DNA of 64,000 bases from Candidatus Latescibacterota bacterium (lineage in GTDB: Bacteria > Latescibacterota > UBA2968), in contig OZ244960.1 of NCBI GenBank assembly GCA_965222605.1, forward strand, positions 640,001-704,000, given 5' to 3'. A model generated the notes under the pieces. The model did no database searches. It was not told where the DNA came from and saw only the letters and a program-made list of their open reading frames with translations. Positions within the stretch are counted from its first letter, which is position 1, and each line of letters starts with the position of its first letter. Of this stretch, positions 29,844 through 38,728 are shown piece after piece. Both the position numbers and the translations under genes were made by a program.

Positions 29844-30833
29844 TCATCCTGAAAGACGCCCAACTCCCCTCAACACAGTCTCCTGAACCAGCAACTCGTG
29901 TTCGTATGAGCGGTCCGGCGCGCGCGTACCTCGAATAGCCGCCAAAAACGCCTCCAATTCCAAATCGTACAAACCCTGCCGCGATTGCTGTGCCACATCG
30001 ACAAATTGCACACCCGCTTCAAACCCATCGCGCGCCTCGTCCAAACACAGGCGGATTTTCTCCGCAGGCTCCATCGGCTCCATAATCGCGCTACCCTTTG
30101 TGCCATATACCTCAAACCTGCGCGCATTGGGACGCGGCTCCAATGCCGCAATATCGACAATGGCAATCGCCCGCTCAAATTCAAAAATGCCCACCCCATT
30201 ATCCGTAAATCCCTCAACCTCGCGCATATCATCGCGCAAAAACGGCGTCACGCGCTCGGGCCTTCCCAACAGATGGACAATCTGATCGAGCTGATGCCCG
30301 CTCAAATCAAAAAACACTCCCCCCTGATGCACAGAGACAGTTTCTTTCTGCGCTTTCCCCAAAAACGTGGACATATGCGCCCGAACCGCAAACACATCGC
30401 CCAAAAAACCCGAATGCACCCACTCTGCGATCTTGCAATACCCATCGTGATACCGAAACATGTATCCCATCTGAATCAGCAAATCTTGCGCCTGTGCCTG
30501 TGCAATGATCTCCTGCCACTGATCCCAACTCTCACCAGCGGGCTTGTCATACCACGCATGCTTCCCCGCCCGAATGATAGCCTCTGTCTGATCTAAACTC
30601 TCGGCATTTGCACCCTCTGATGCAACAGCCACAATCTCATCATCGCCCAGCATTTCCGCTTCGGACTCAAACCAATAAACGCCTTCGTAACTGCCCGATT
30701 GCGCCATCTCATCGCGGCGTCTCACATCGGGTTCAAACACGCCAACCACCTCAACCTCTGCATTGGTTTGCATCGACCGCACTTTCCCGGCTGCGTGACC
30801 GTGTTTTGTACCGTATTGCGCCATTTTAACCAT
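29844..30833 (-). CDS. Gfo/Idh/MocA family oxidoreductase
   Basis: AGKHAWYDKP, GYMFRY, GGVFFDLSGHQLD, EVYGTKG. Confidence 0.88.
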   Translation of the reverse strand: MVKMAQYGTKHGHAAGKVRSMQTNAEVEVVGVFEPDVRRRDEMAQSGSYEGVYWFESEAEMLGDDEIVAVASEGANAESLDQTEAIIRAGKHAWYDKPAGESWDQWQEIIAQAQAQDLLIQMGYMFRYHDGYCKIAEWVHSGFLGDVFAVRAHMSTFLGKAQKETVSVHQGGVFFDLSGHQLDQIVHLLGRPERVTPFLRDDMREVEGFTDNGVGIFEFERAIAIVDIAALEPRPNARRFEVYGTKGSAIMEPMEPAEKIRLCLDEARDGFEAGVQFVDVAQQSRQGLYDLELEAFLAAIRGTRAPDRSYEHELLVQETVLRGVGRLSG

Positions 30834-30844
30834 TGCTCGCTCTC

Positions 30845-31681
30845 CTAAATGTCAACAAACCCTCGTTGTGCCCGTTCTTGTTCCGCCACATCCAGAATGC
30901 GTCGAATCAGCAAGCTCTCCAGACGCGGAATATTTGCCTTACCACTTTCAAAAAGGTCCATAATCGCCTCGGTAGAACGCGGAAAAATCACCACTCGATC
31001 CACCTCCATATACCGCGTTTCTTCTGTCGTTGTCACAACAGCAGCCTGCGGCGTCCTGTGTTTTTCATACAGATTGATCACCGCCGTTCGGTTGCCCGTA
31101 AAATCGATCAAAATCTGATTGTACTTCCCGGTCCCCCGGCGCATCAGCCGTTTAGCCCCCGTACCCATACAACTCACCACAATTTCTGTCGGGTGAATAC
31201 CATACTCATCAAAAGACCGCCCACTCTGCCAGACAACCAGATGTTTCACCTTGCGAGGACCGACTTCCCGCACAAAATCCTGCACATTGCTATACCGCAG
31301 TGCGGACGAAGTCTGTATTGGAACGCGGTACTTATCTGCAAGCGCGAATATCTGTTGCGCCGTATCGAGATCGGGCGCAAATGTCTTATCCACATAAGTA
31401 GCTTTGCCAAATGGAAAAACCACCTCACACATTGCCAGATGGCGCTCCGGATTCCTCGGCGCCAGAATGAGATAATAATCAACCGCATCGTTCAACGCCT
31501 GAACATCTCGAAAATAGGGCACCCCATTTTCCTCTGCCCATGCGAGACTCGATTTCTGGCGAATACCCGTACAACCCGTCACCACAAACCCCCGATGCTT
31601 CAATTCATTTCTGAACGCACTCAAATACACATTTGCGTGAAAATTATTTAGATCGAGATCGTAAAAACCGACGCGTTTCAA
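30845..31681 (-). CDS. Gfo/Idh/MocA-like oxidoreductase
   Basis: GKATYVDKTFA, SSALRY, YGIH. Confidence 0.75.
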   Translation of the reverse strand: MKRVGFYDLDLNNFHANVYLSAFRNELKHRGFVVTGCTGIRQKSSLAWAEENGVPYFRDVQALNDAVDYYLILAPRNPERHLAMCEVVFPFGKATYVDKTFAPDLDTAQQIFALADKYRVPIQTSSALRYSNVQDFVREVGPRKVKHLVVWQSGRSFDEYGIHPTEIVVSCMGTGAKRLMRRGTGKYNQILIDFTGNRTAVINLYEKHRTPQAAVVTTTEETRYMEVDRVVIFPRSTEAIMDLFESGKANIPRLESLLIRRILDVAEQERAQRGFVDI

Positions 31682-31716
31682 GTAGCAAACTCCTTATCTA
31701 AATAGAGGTTAAAAGA

Positions 31717-31881
31717 TTATCTCAAACCCAGCCGTTCATACTGTTCCGGGGGCGCATCACATGCTTCCATCCCCGTGCGCTCTGCCAGCCGTTTAAAATT
31801 TGGCGTATGCGTCCACTCACACCCATAGGGCGACAACAGATGTCGATTTAAAGAATCAAACATCACCACAACTGCTTTCAT
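31717..31881 (-). pseudogene. Sulfatase gene reduced to 54 codons by an in-frame internal deletion
   Basis: N-terminus MKAVVVMFDSLNRHLLSPYG..HTPNFKRLAERT joined directly to C-terminus ME.CDAPPEQYERLGLR*; intact SD GGAGGAG. Confidence 0.75.
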
Positions 31882-31897
31882 ATCTCCTCCTGTTTGT

Positions 31898-32716
31898 TCA
31901 AATCCCCACTTCCAACCGATGGGTTGTATCCACAACCGGATCATCTCCTTCAATAAACCGCGCCATAGTATTGTGTGTCGCCGGTCGGGTTTTAAAATCC
32001 GCAATCCACGGCTGCCTGAAATAAGCCTGTTTTTCGCGGGGTAAATTTTCCAGCACCACTGGCGGAATATTCAACCGATGCCAATGCGTCGCCAAATGCG
32101 AATACGCGTGCAAAATCGTCACCCGGGGCGTATCCCGTTGCCACACAGGACCTGCGTGACACACATTTTCCGTAAAAAATAGTGCGCTGCCCGGCGGGCA
32201 CTCATACGTCATCAAAAACGGGCTGCGCCTCCCTTCCTTCAACGACAAATGCGCCTCGTGCATTGGAAAATTAGCTTTGTGACTCCCCACAATAAAATGG
32301 GTGCCCCCATCCCCTTTATTCACCCCCGACAGTTCAAAAATCACCCGAACCATCCCCGCATGGATGCGTCCATTTTGAACCCGATACCCAAAAATCGGAT
32401 CGATCTGCCTCGGTCCCCCTCCGTGCAATTCACCATGTGATTGCCCCTTCTTTCTCCAAACGCACCCTGCCGCCTCCAACCGAATCTCAGGCCCGATAAT
32501 CTCGTGCAAAACATCGATCACCTTAGGATGATCGATCAACACACTCGCCGGTCCACCGGGAACGGCGCGATGTTCGGGAGGCAAAGATTCGGGATTGTGC
32601 TTAATCCGATCAATCTGATCCACAATCGCCGCCACTTCATCTTTCGATAAAATCGCCGGTCGCACCATAAACCCCGTCAAATCAAATCTAAATCGTTCTT
32701 CTTCGGTCAAACCCAT
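31898..32716 (-). CDS. PhyH family dioxygenase (paralog of 25260-26048)
   Basis: FDLTGFM, LHGGG, VGSHKANF, CPPGSALFFTENVCH. Confidence 0.85.
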   Translation of the reverse strand: MGLTEEERFRFDLTGFMVRPAILSKDEVAAIVDQIDRIKHNPESLPPEHRAVPGGPASVLIDHPKVIDVLHEIIGPEIRLEAAGCVWRKKGQSHGELHGGGPRQIDPIFGYRVQNGRIHAGMVRVIFELSGVNKGDGGTHFIVGSHKANFPMHEAHLSLKEGRRSPFLMTYECPPGSALFFTENVCHAGPVWQRDTPRVTILHAYSHLATHWHRLNIPPVVLENLPREKQAYFRQPWIADFKTRPATHNTMARFIEGDDPVVDTTHRLEVGI

Positions 32717-32813
32717 AGCGGATTCCTCCCTCACAATAGCAATATCTCTGTTTTGATATATCACCATTAGAATATAACGCCATCCAACCGAAGTCAAACG
32801 AGATAACTCTGCC

Positions 32814-32842
32814 TTGACTTCCCAATTACAAATCCCTAATAT
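32814..32842 (+). promoter_or_regulatory. Sigma70-type promoter of the methyltransferase operon
   Basis: TTGACT-17 nt-TAATAT. Confidence 0.55.
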
Positions 32843-32879
32843 GCAATTGCTTTTGATCCATCATAGTAAAGGACAACCA

Positions 32880-33932
32880 ATGGATAAACAAATTCCAAAA
32901 CGCGGGCTGGTGCAGCGCCTGAATGAAAACGGTGTAATATGCGCCGAAGGGTATCTGTTTGAACTCGAGCGCAGGGGATATCTCCAGGCAGGTGCTTATG
33001 TGCCCGAAGTCGTCTTAGAACACCCCGAAGCAGTCGCTGCTTTACACCGCGAATTTTTGCGGGCCGGCTCAGATGTTATCGAAGCCCTCACGTATTATGC
33101 CCACCGCGAAAAATTGCGTCTAATCGGCAAAGAAGAACTGCTCGAACCCCTTCAAAAAAACGCCTTATCAATTGCCCACGCCATAGCGCGAGAAGCTACC
33201 GCAGAGCCACCTCTGGTCGCAGGCAATATTTGCAACACAAATATCTGGCATCCCGATGACAAAGCATCCGACGCACTTGTTCGCGGCATGTTCGAAGAAC
33301 AAATTAACTGGGCAACCGACGCAAATGTCGATTTTATAATCGCCGAAACCTTCTCCTTTTTTGGCGAAGCGCGAATCGCTCTCAAAGCCATCAAAGAATC
33401 CGGCCTGCCCGCTGTCGTCACCCTCACCCCGCACAGGGAAGGCGACCTCAGAGATGAAATTACCCTCGAAGTTGCAGCCAAACAATTAGAGCAAGATGGC
33501 GCGACCGTCGTCGGTATTAATTGCGCGCGAGGCCCTCAGACCATGATGCCTGCTGTCGTGCGCATCCGACAGGCTGTATCGTGCCATGTTGCGGCTTTGC
33601 CCGTGCCCTACCGCACGACCGCTGATCACCCCACCATGCAGTCCCTTCGCGATCCGCGCTTGCCCAAAGATCGTCCCTTTCCCACTGCGCTTGATCCTTT
33701 TACCTGCAATCGATACGAAATGGCAGAATTTGCCAGAGAAGCATACAGCGCGGATATCCGTTACCTCGGCGTCTGCTGCGGTGGTGCGCCTCACCATGTT
33801 CGGGCCATTGCAGAAGCACTCGGACGCAAGCCAGAAGCCAGTCGCTATTCGCCAGACATGTCCAGGCACTATGCTTTTGGCACCCACGAAAGCCTGAAAA
33901 AATACAATCTGGACAACGCAAAAAATCTCTAA
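32880..33932 (+). CDS. Homocysteine S-methyltransferase family (BHMT-like)
   Basis: LHREFLRAGSDVI, IIAETF, GINCARGP, GVCCG Zn ligands. Confidence 0.9.
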   Translation: MDKQIPKRGLVQRLNENGVICAEGYLFELERRGYLQAGAYVPEVVLEHPEAVAALHREFLRAGSDVIEALTYYAHREKLRLIGKEELLEPLQKNALSIAHAIAREATAEPPLVAGNICNTNIWHPDDKASDALVRGMFEEQINWATDANVDFIIAETFSFFGEARIALKAIKESGLPAVVTLTPHREGDLRDEITLEVAAKQLEQDGATVVGINCARGPQTMMPAVVRIRQAVSCHVAALPVPYRTTADHPTMQSLRDPRLPKDRPFPTALDPFTCNRYEMAEFAREAYSADIRYLGVCCGGAPHHVRAIAEALGRKPEASRYSPDMSRHYAFGTHESLKKYNLDNAKNL

Positions 33933-33948
33933 TACAAGCGAAAAGACC

Positions 33949-35121
33949 ATGAAAACAGATTGCGAATACATCGTCCTCGGTTGTGGAGGCATCGGTAGTG
34001 CCACAGCGTATTGGCTCTCGCGCCGAAAAAGCAAAGACGTCCTGGGCATAGAACAATTTGCACATGGTCACCACCACGGCGGCTCTCAGGATCACTCGCG
34101 CATCATCCGCCTGACCTATTACTACCCCCAATATATCCGCCTGGCACCTGCCTCTTACGCCGCCTGGCATACGCTCGAAGAGGAATCCGGCGTCCAGATG
34201 GTCTTCAAAACGGGCAGCATCCAATTTTCACCCGTCGATCACCCCTACCGATATGAAATCGACAAATACACGGGCGCAATGGACGAAACAGGCGTTCCCT
34301 ACGATCGCGTTGACGCCGATGAAATAGTGAAACGCTTTCCGCAATTCCGTCTAAAATACGAAGTCGATGGCATATACCAGGCCGATACCGGATTGGTAGA
34401 TGCAAGCCGGGGAAATGCCACCCACATAGCCATGGCGCGTTATCGCGGTGCCACTATGTTGGACAACTGTGAAGCCACACGCATTCGTCCAACCGACATC
34501 GGCGTCGAAATCGAAACCAAACAGGGCAATTTCTCATGCCGCAAACTCATCGTCACAGCCGGTGCATGGACAGATCGCCTGCTCGCCAGCGTAAATATGA
34601 ATCTGTCTCTCACCGTAACCCAGGAACAAATCACATACTACGCCACGCCAAACCTGCCGGACTTTGCCATTGGGAAATTTCCCATTTTCATCTCCCATGC
34701 CGACGAATCCATCTACGGATTCCCCATCTATGGCGAAATCGCCACCAAAGTTGGCATTGATGCATCCGGTCCCGCAGTAACAACCGATACGCGCACCTAT
34801 GAACCCGATGCCGAACGCGAACATCGCCAGGAAGCCTGGCTAAAAGAAAACATCCCCGGCTTTCTCGGCCCAAAACTCTACACCAAAACCTGTCTTTACA
34901 CAATGCCCAAAGACCGCCACTTCGCGATAGACACACTCCCCGAATATCCCCAAATCATCGTCTGCGTAGGCGCCGGGCACGCGTACAAATTCGCTGGCAT
35001 CCTGGGCAAAATCCTCAGCGAACTCGCCATTGATGGGCACACAAATTATCCGATAGAACCCTTTTCACTACAACGCGACGCCATCACCGATCCCAATTTT
35101 AACCCCGTCTTCCGAATGTAA
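33949..35121 (+). CDS. solA: Monomeric sarcosine oxidase / N-methyltryptophan oxidase family flavoprotein
   Basis: GCGGIG, GGSQDHSRIIR, TCLYT (covalent FAD Cys), GHAYKF. Confidence 0.8.
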   Translation: MKTDCEYIVLGCGGIGSATAYWLSRRKSKDVLGIEQFAHGHHHGGSQDHSRIIRLTYYYPQYIRLAPASYAAWHTLEEESGVQMVFKTGSIQFSPVDHPYRYEIDKYTGAMDETGVPYDRVDADEIVKRFPQFRLKYEVDGIYQADTGLVDASRGNATHIAMARYRGATMLDNCEATRIRPTDIGVEIETKQGNFSCRKLIVTAGAWTDRLLASVNMNLSLTVTQEQITYYATPNLPDFAIGKFPIFISHADESIYGFPIYGEIATKVGIDASGPAVTTDTRTYEPDAEREHRQEAWLKENIPGFLGPKLYTKTCLYTMPKDRHFAIDTLPEYPQIIVCVGAGHAYKFAGILGKILSELAIDGHTNYPIEPFSLQRDAITDPNFNPVFRM

Positions 35122-35122
35122 T

Positions 35123-35854
35123 ATGTCTGCCGATATCCTGCGTCTAAACATGTGGTCCGGTCCCCGCAATGTCTCAACTGCCCTCATGTACTCATTCGCG
35201 CAGCGGTCAGACACCCGCGTGATTGACGAACCCCTCTACGGTCATTATTTACGCGTGTCTGCTGCCAAACACCCGGGTGCAAACGAAGTCATGGCCGCTA
35301 TGGAATGCAATGCCGAAAACGTCATTCGCGATGTCATTCTCGGCCCGTGTGATCGCCCCGTGCTCTTTATGAAACAGATGGCTCATCACCTCGTCGAAAT
35401 CAGTCGCGACTTTTTCAAACACACCCACAATGTCCTGCTCACGCGCGACCCCGTTGACATGCTGCCCTCACTCATCAATCAACTCAAAACACCCACCTTG
35501 CGCGATACGGGCTACAAAATACAAGCCCAGCTTTTACATGAATTTCACGCCATAGGTCAAAGATTCCCTGTGCTCGATTCTCGAGAACTCCTCAAAAATC
35601 CACGACATGTCCTCACAAAACTCTGCGACGCCCTCAACATACCCTTTGACCCCGCAATGCTCACATGGAAAGCCAAGCCCCGACCCGAAGACGGAATATG
35701 GGCGAAACACTGGTATCACAACGTCCACAAATCCACTGGCTTTCAACCCTATCGTCCCAAAACCGAACCCTTTCCCGATCACTTGCGCCCGCTCCTCGAA
35801 AAATGTCAACCCTATTACGACCAGCTTTATGCTCATGCCATCAAAGCTGAGTAA
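35123..35854 (+). CDS. Sulfotransferase-like P-loop protein
   Basis: WSGPRNVSTALMYSF, DEPLY, FMKQMAHH, WAKHWY..V..STGF. Confidence 0.85.
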   Translation: MSADILRLNMWSGPRNVSTALMYSFAQRSDTRVIDEPLYGHYLRVSAAKHPGANEVMAAMECNAENVIRDVILGPCDRPVLFMKQMAHHLVEISRDFFKHTHNVLLTRDPVDMLPSLINQLKTPTLRDTGYKIQAQLLHEFHAIGQRFPVLDSRELLKNPRHVLTKLCDALNIPFDPAMLTWKAKPRPEDGIWAKHWYHNVHKSTGFQPYRPKTEPFPDHLRPLLEKCQPYYDQLYAHAIKAE

Positions 35855-35865
35855 ACGGAGTACCC

Positions 35866-36768
35866 GTGTCTATCCAATTACCCGATCCTCGAAACGAAAA
35901 CATCCTCATCTATGTCGGCGGCGAATTGCTCCCGCGCGAAGACGCCAAAATATCGGTCTTTGACAGCGCGGTTCAAGGCGGCGATGCCGTATGGGAGGGC
36001 CTGCGCGTGTACAACGGCAAAATCTTTCAACTCGACGCGCACCTCGACCGCCTCTTCGACTCTGCCAAAGCCATGGCTTTTGCGGATATCCCCTCTCGTG
36101 AAGCAATCAAAACCGCAATCTTTGAAACGCTCAAAGCCAACAACATGCGCGATGAAGTACATATCCGGCTCACGCTCACGCGGGGAAAAAAAACCTCATC
36201 GGGCATGAGTCCGCACTTTAATCAATACGGCTCCTGCCTCATTGTACTACCAGAATGGAAACCTCCCGTTTATTCTTCTCACGGCATCCGCCTGATCACC
36301 GCCTCGGTTCGCCGCAATCCGGCCATGTGCATCGACTCCAAAATCCATCACAACAATTTGATCAACAATATCCTCGCCAAAATCGAGGCCAATGTCGCAG
36401 GCGTTGATGACGCGATCATGCTCGACATCTTCGGCTATGTTTCCGAAACCAATGCCACCAATATCTTCATCATAAAAAAAGGGGCGCTTATCACGCCCCA
36501 CGCGGATTCCTGCTTGCCCGGCATTACAAGAGGTGTTGTAATTGATTGCGCGCGCGACCTGGGCATCGCAGTGACCGAGCGCAACATATCGCTTACCGAA
36601 GTCTATACAGCAGACGAAGGCTTCACCACCGGCACCATGGGCGAACTCTCACCCATCCTCGAAGTGGATGGCCGCACCATCGGCAACGGCAACCCCGGCA
36701 CCATCACCAACCACCTGCGCCAACAATACGCCCAACACACCGCCGAACAAGGCGACCCCATTCCTTAG
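35866..36768 (+). CDS. Class IV PLP aminotransferase (BCAT-like)
   Basis: GDAVWEGLR, HLDRL, SETNATNIF, LPGITR, GTMGE. Confidence 0.9.
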   Translation: MSIQLPDPRNENILIYVGGELLPREDAKISVFDSAVQGGDAVWEGLRVYNGKIFQLDAHLDRLFDSAKAMAFADIPSREAIKTAIFETLKANNMRDEVHIRLTLTRGKKTSSGMSPHFNQYGSCLIVLPEWKPPVYSSHGIRLITASVRRNPAMCIDSKIHHNNLINNILAKIEANVAGVDDAIMLDIFGYVSETNATNIFIIKKGALITPHADSCLPGITRGVVIDCARDLGIAVTERNISLTEVYTADEGFTTGTMGELSPILEVDGRTIGNGNPGTITNHLRQQYAQHTAEQGDPIP

Positions 36769-36795
36769 CCCATCAGACCAGGCCGAAAAAAAATA

Positions 36796-36823
36796 AAAAG
36801 CCGACGCACAAACGTCGGCTTTT
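36796..36823. terminator. Bidirectional intrinsic terminator
   Basis: AAAAGCCGACG-caca-aaCGTCGGCTTTT between convergent genes. Confidence 0.75.
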
Positions 36824-36897
36824 GTGATACCCTCTTTTCTTGACCTCATCCACACTTTTGAATATACCTCTCGACGGATCGCAACGCTCGCTGTGTA

Positions 36898-37260
36898 CTA
36901 CTTATAGACCAGATGGTCAGAAGTACGATCATGATCTATTTGTACATGAAGTCTTCCCGGTCGATGGGATCTAGGCTCCCTGATAACGATTTCCACATCG
37001 CGCCCGAGTGCTGTCAACAGACGCAGAAGACGCTCCATGGAATACTCCCGAAAGTCCCCTCTCAGGAGACGCGAAACATCAGGTTGGGACAGACCGAGCA
37101 ATTTCGCCGCCTCGACCTGCTTGAGTCCTCTCTGACGAATAATCTTGTCAATGCGGGTGACGAGTTCTGCCTTTAACAAGTGAGCTTCGGCGTCAGGTCG
37201 CCCCAGGTCGGCAAACACGTTACCACTTCCACGTTCGATTTTGATCTCTTTTGTCTTCAT
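36898..37260 (-). CDS. XRE-family HTH antitoxin (HigA-like)
   Basis: GSGNVFADLG, GLKQVEAAKLLGLSQPDVSRLLRG, SMERLLRLL. Confidence 0.88.
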   Translation of the reverse strand: MKTKEIKIERGSGNVFADLGRPDAEAHLLKAELVTRIDKIIRQRGLKQVEAAKLLGLSQPDVSRLLRGDFREYSMERLLRLLTALGRDVEIVIREPRSHRPGRLHVQIDHDRTSDHLVYK

Positions 37261-37264
37261 TGCT

Positions 37265-37633
37265 CTACCTTTCGCCATAGACGTCCTTGTAGTGTTGTTC
37301 CGCTGTCCTAAGCCTGCGTTTGACCAGATCAATCTCCTGCTTTGGCGTCACAATGCCCCGCCTGGCTTTCTTCTGGAAGGCATGCAGGACATAAACGGCC
37401 AACTTGAATCGGACTGTGTAAACCGCCCGGTAGGTGTCGCCGTCATGACGGGAAACGACCTCTAAAACATGGGGTCCCAACCCCTTGAGCAGTTTAGCAT
37501 CGCGGTGTCTAAGTCTGATCTGGGCCTGATACAGGGCAAAGCCGATCCGATCCTGTACGGCAGCAGGAAACTTCTTCAAGTCCCCTTTACTCGATCCGAC
37601 CCATTCGACGGGCTTAAGCATCTCACTGGTCAT
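37265..37633 (-). CDS. RelE/ParE-family toxin (HigB/Gp49-like)
   Basis: WVGSSKGDL, TYRAVY, VYVLHAFQKK..TPKQEIDL; upstream of the HTH antitoxin. Confidence 0.88.
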   Translation of the reverse strand: MTSEMLKPVEWVGSSKGDLKKFPAAVQDRIGFALYQAQIRLRHRDAKLLKGLGPHVLEVVSRHDGDTYRAVYTVRFKLAVYVLHAFQKKARRGIVTPKQEIDLVKRRLRTAEQHYKDVYGER

Positions 37634-37716
37634 ATCTAAATATAGTGGTTTCACCATATTTACACAAGCACCATTTTGTAAACGTCGGCTTTTTGTATGA
37701 GTCTTTGGCAGCGACC

Positions 37717-38538
37717 TCAACCATGAAAAACCTGCACCTGATCAGACGCTTTTCCCGACACAGTCGCTGGGTCGAGTGCGCCCTCCCCGAAGAGTCGAGG
37801 AAACGTCTGACCTGTCTTCAAAGAACGCGTTCGCGCATCCATGTAAGTCGCGCTGAAAGCTCGCCGGGGTGACGGGGTCGAATTGAGGGCCGATCGGTGG
37901 AGCAAAAAATTGTGCAACAAAACAGCCTCTCCTGCCTCGGTCTCCAGATCGATCACATCCTGGGACCGGGCGTACCTGGCTTGATCCTCTTCAGAAGTAT
38001 AGTGCCGCTCATTGAGAATACCCAGATTATTGCTACCCGGCACGATCTGCATACAACCGCTGGCAACAGTAGCAGCGTCCAGACCCATCCACACCGTGAT
38101 AATCGGATTGGTATCAATCCCCCAACCCACACCGATATCCTGATGCCAGGGCAAAATCGTGCCACTTTCAGCGGGTTTATTCATAAACATAGAGCGAAAA
38201 ACCGAAACATTTTCGCCGATATAGCGACGGGTAATCTGGCGGATGAGAGGGTGCTGCATATAGGTAAGGAAGAGCGGATCTTGTTCCAGATCATCGATAC
38301 GCCGATAATGGAGCGTCGGCTCCTGATTCCCCAGAGTGCGCTCTATTCTGACATCCGGCGTTTTGGAATTGAGTTGAAAGCGCATATTTTCGTAGCGGAC
38401 GCGGCCCAGCATAATATCGTCAATGCGCTGCTGCAGAGCGGCCAGTTCCTCAGGCGACAAGAGATGCCCCAGACGCAGGTACCCCTCAGCCATAAACTGT
38501 TCGTGGTGCGAGTCGCCAAACGAAGTGAGAGGATTCAC
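37717..38538 (-). CDS. PhyH family dioxygenase
   Basis: FMNKP, PWHQD, GCMQIVPGS, AGEAVLLHNFLLHRS. Confidence 0.9.
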   Translation of the reverse strand: MNPLTSFGDSHHEQFMAEGYLRLGHLLSPEELAALQQRIDDIMLGRVRYENMRFQLNSKTPDVRIERTLGNQEPTLHYRRIDDLEQDPLFLTYMQHPLIRQITRRYIGENVSVFRSMFMNKPAESGTILPWHQDIGVGWGIDTNPIITVWMGLDAATVASGCMQIVPGSNNLGILNERHYTSEEDQARYARSQDVIDLETEAGEAVLLHNFLLHRSALNSTPSPRRAFSATYMDARTRSLKTGQTFPRLFGEGALDPATVSGKASDQVQVFHG

Positions 38539-38651
38539 GGTGTGACCTCCTCGAAAATTGAACTGCTTGTGTGATTTAATTGACTTTCAAACTATCACAG
38601 GGATTCGCCAGAAGCAACCGAAAAACGCCCAGTTCCGCGAAACGGCTCCGC

Positions 38652-38680
38652 TTGACAGAGAATAATTCTCTATATATGAT
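38652..38680 (+). promoter_or_regulatory. Sigma70-type promoter with a palindrome in the spacer
   Basis: TTGACA-17 nt-TATGAT; overlapping inverted repeat AGAGAAT-A-ATTCTCT. Confidence 0.65.
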
Positions 38681-38728
38681 GCCTGTCCTAATACGACAAA
38701 TCGCCAGTCACCAGAAAGGTGGGAAACC

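Noticed and set aside
32720-32880. SAM or other riboswitch upstream of the homocysteine methyltransferase
   Set aside because: Leader after the promoter is only about 35 nt and shows no recognisable aptamer
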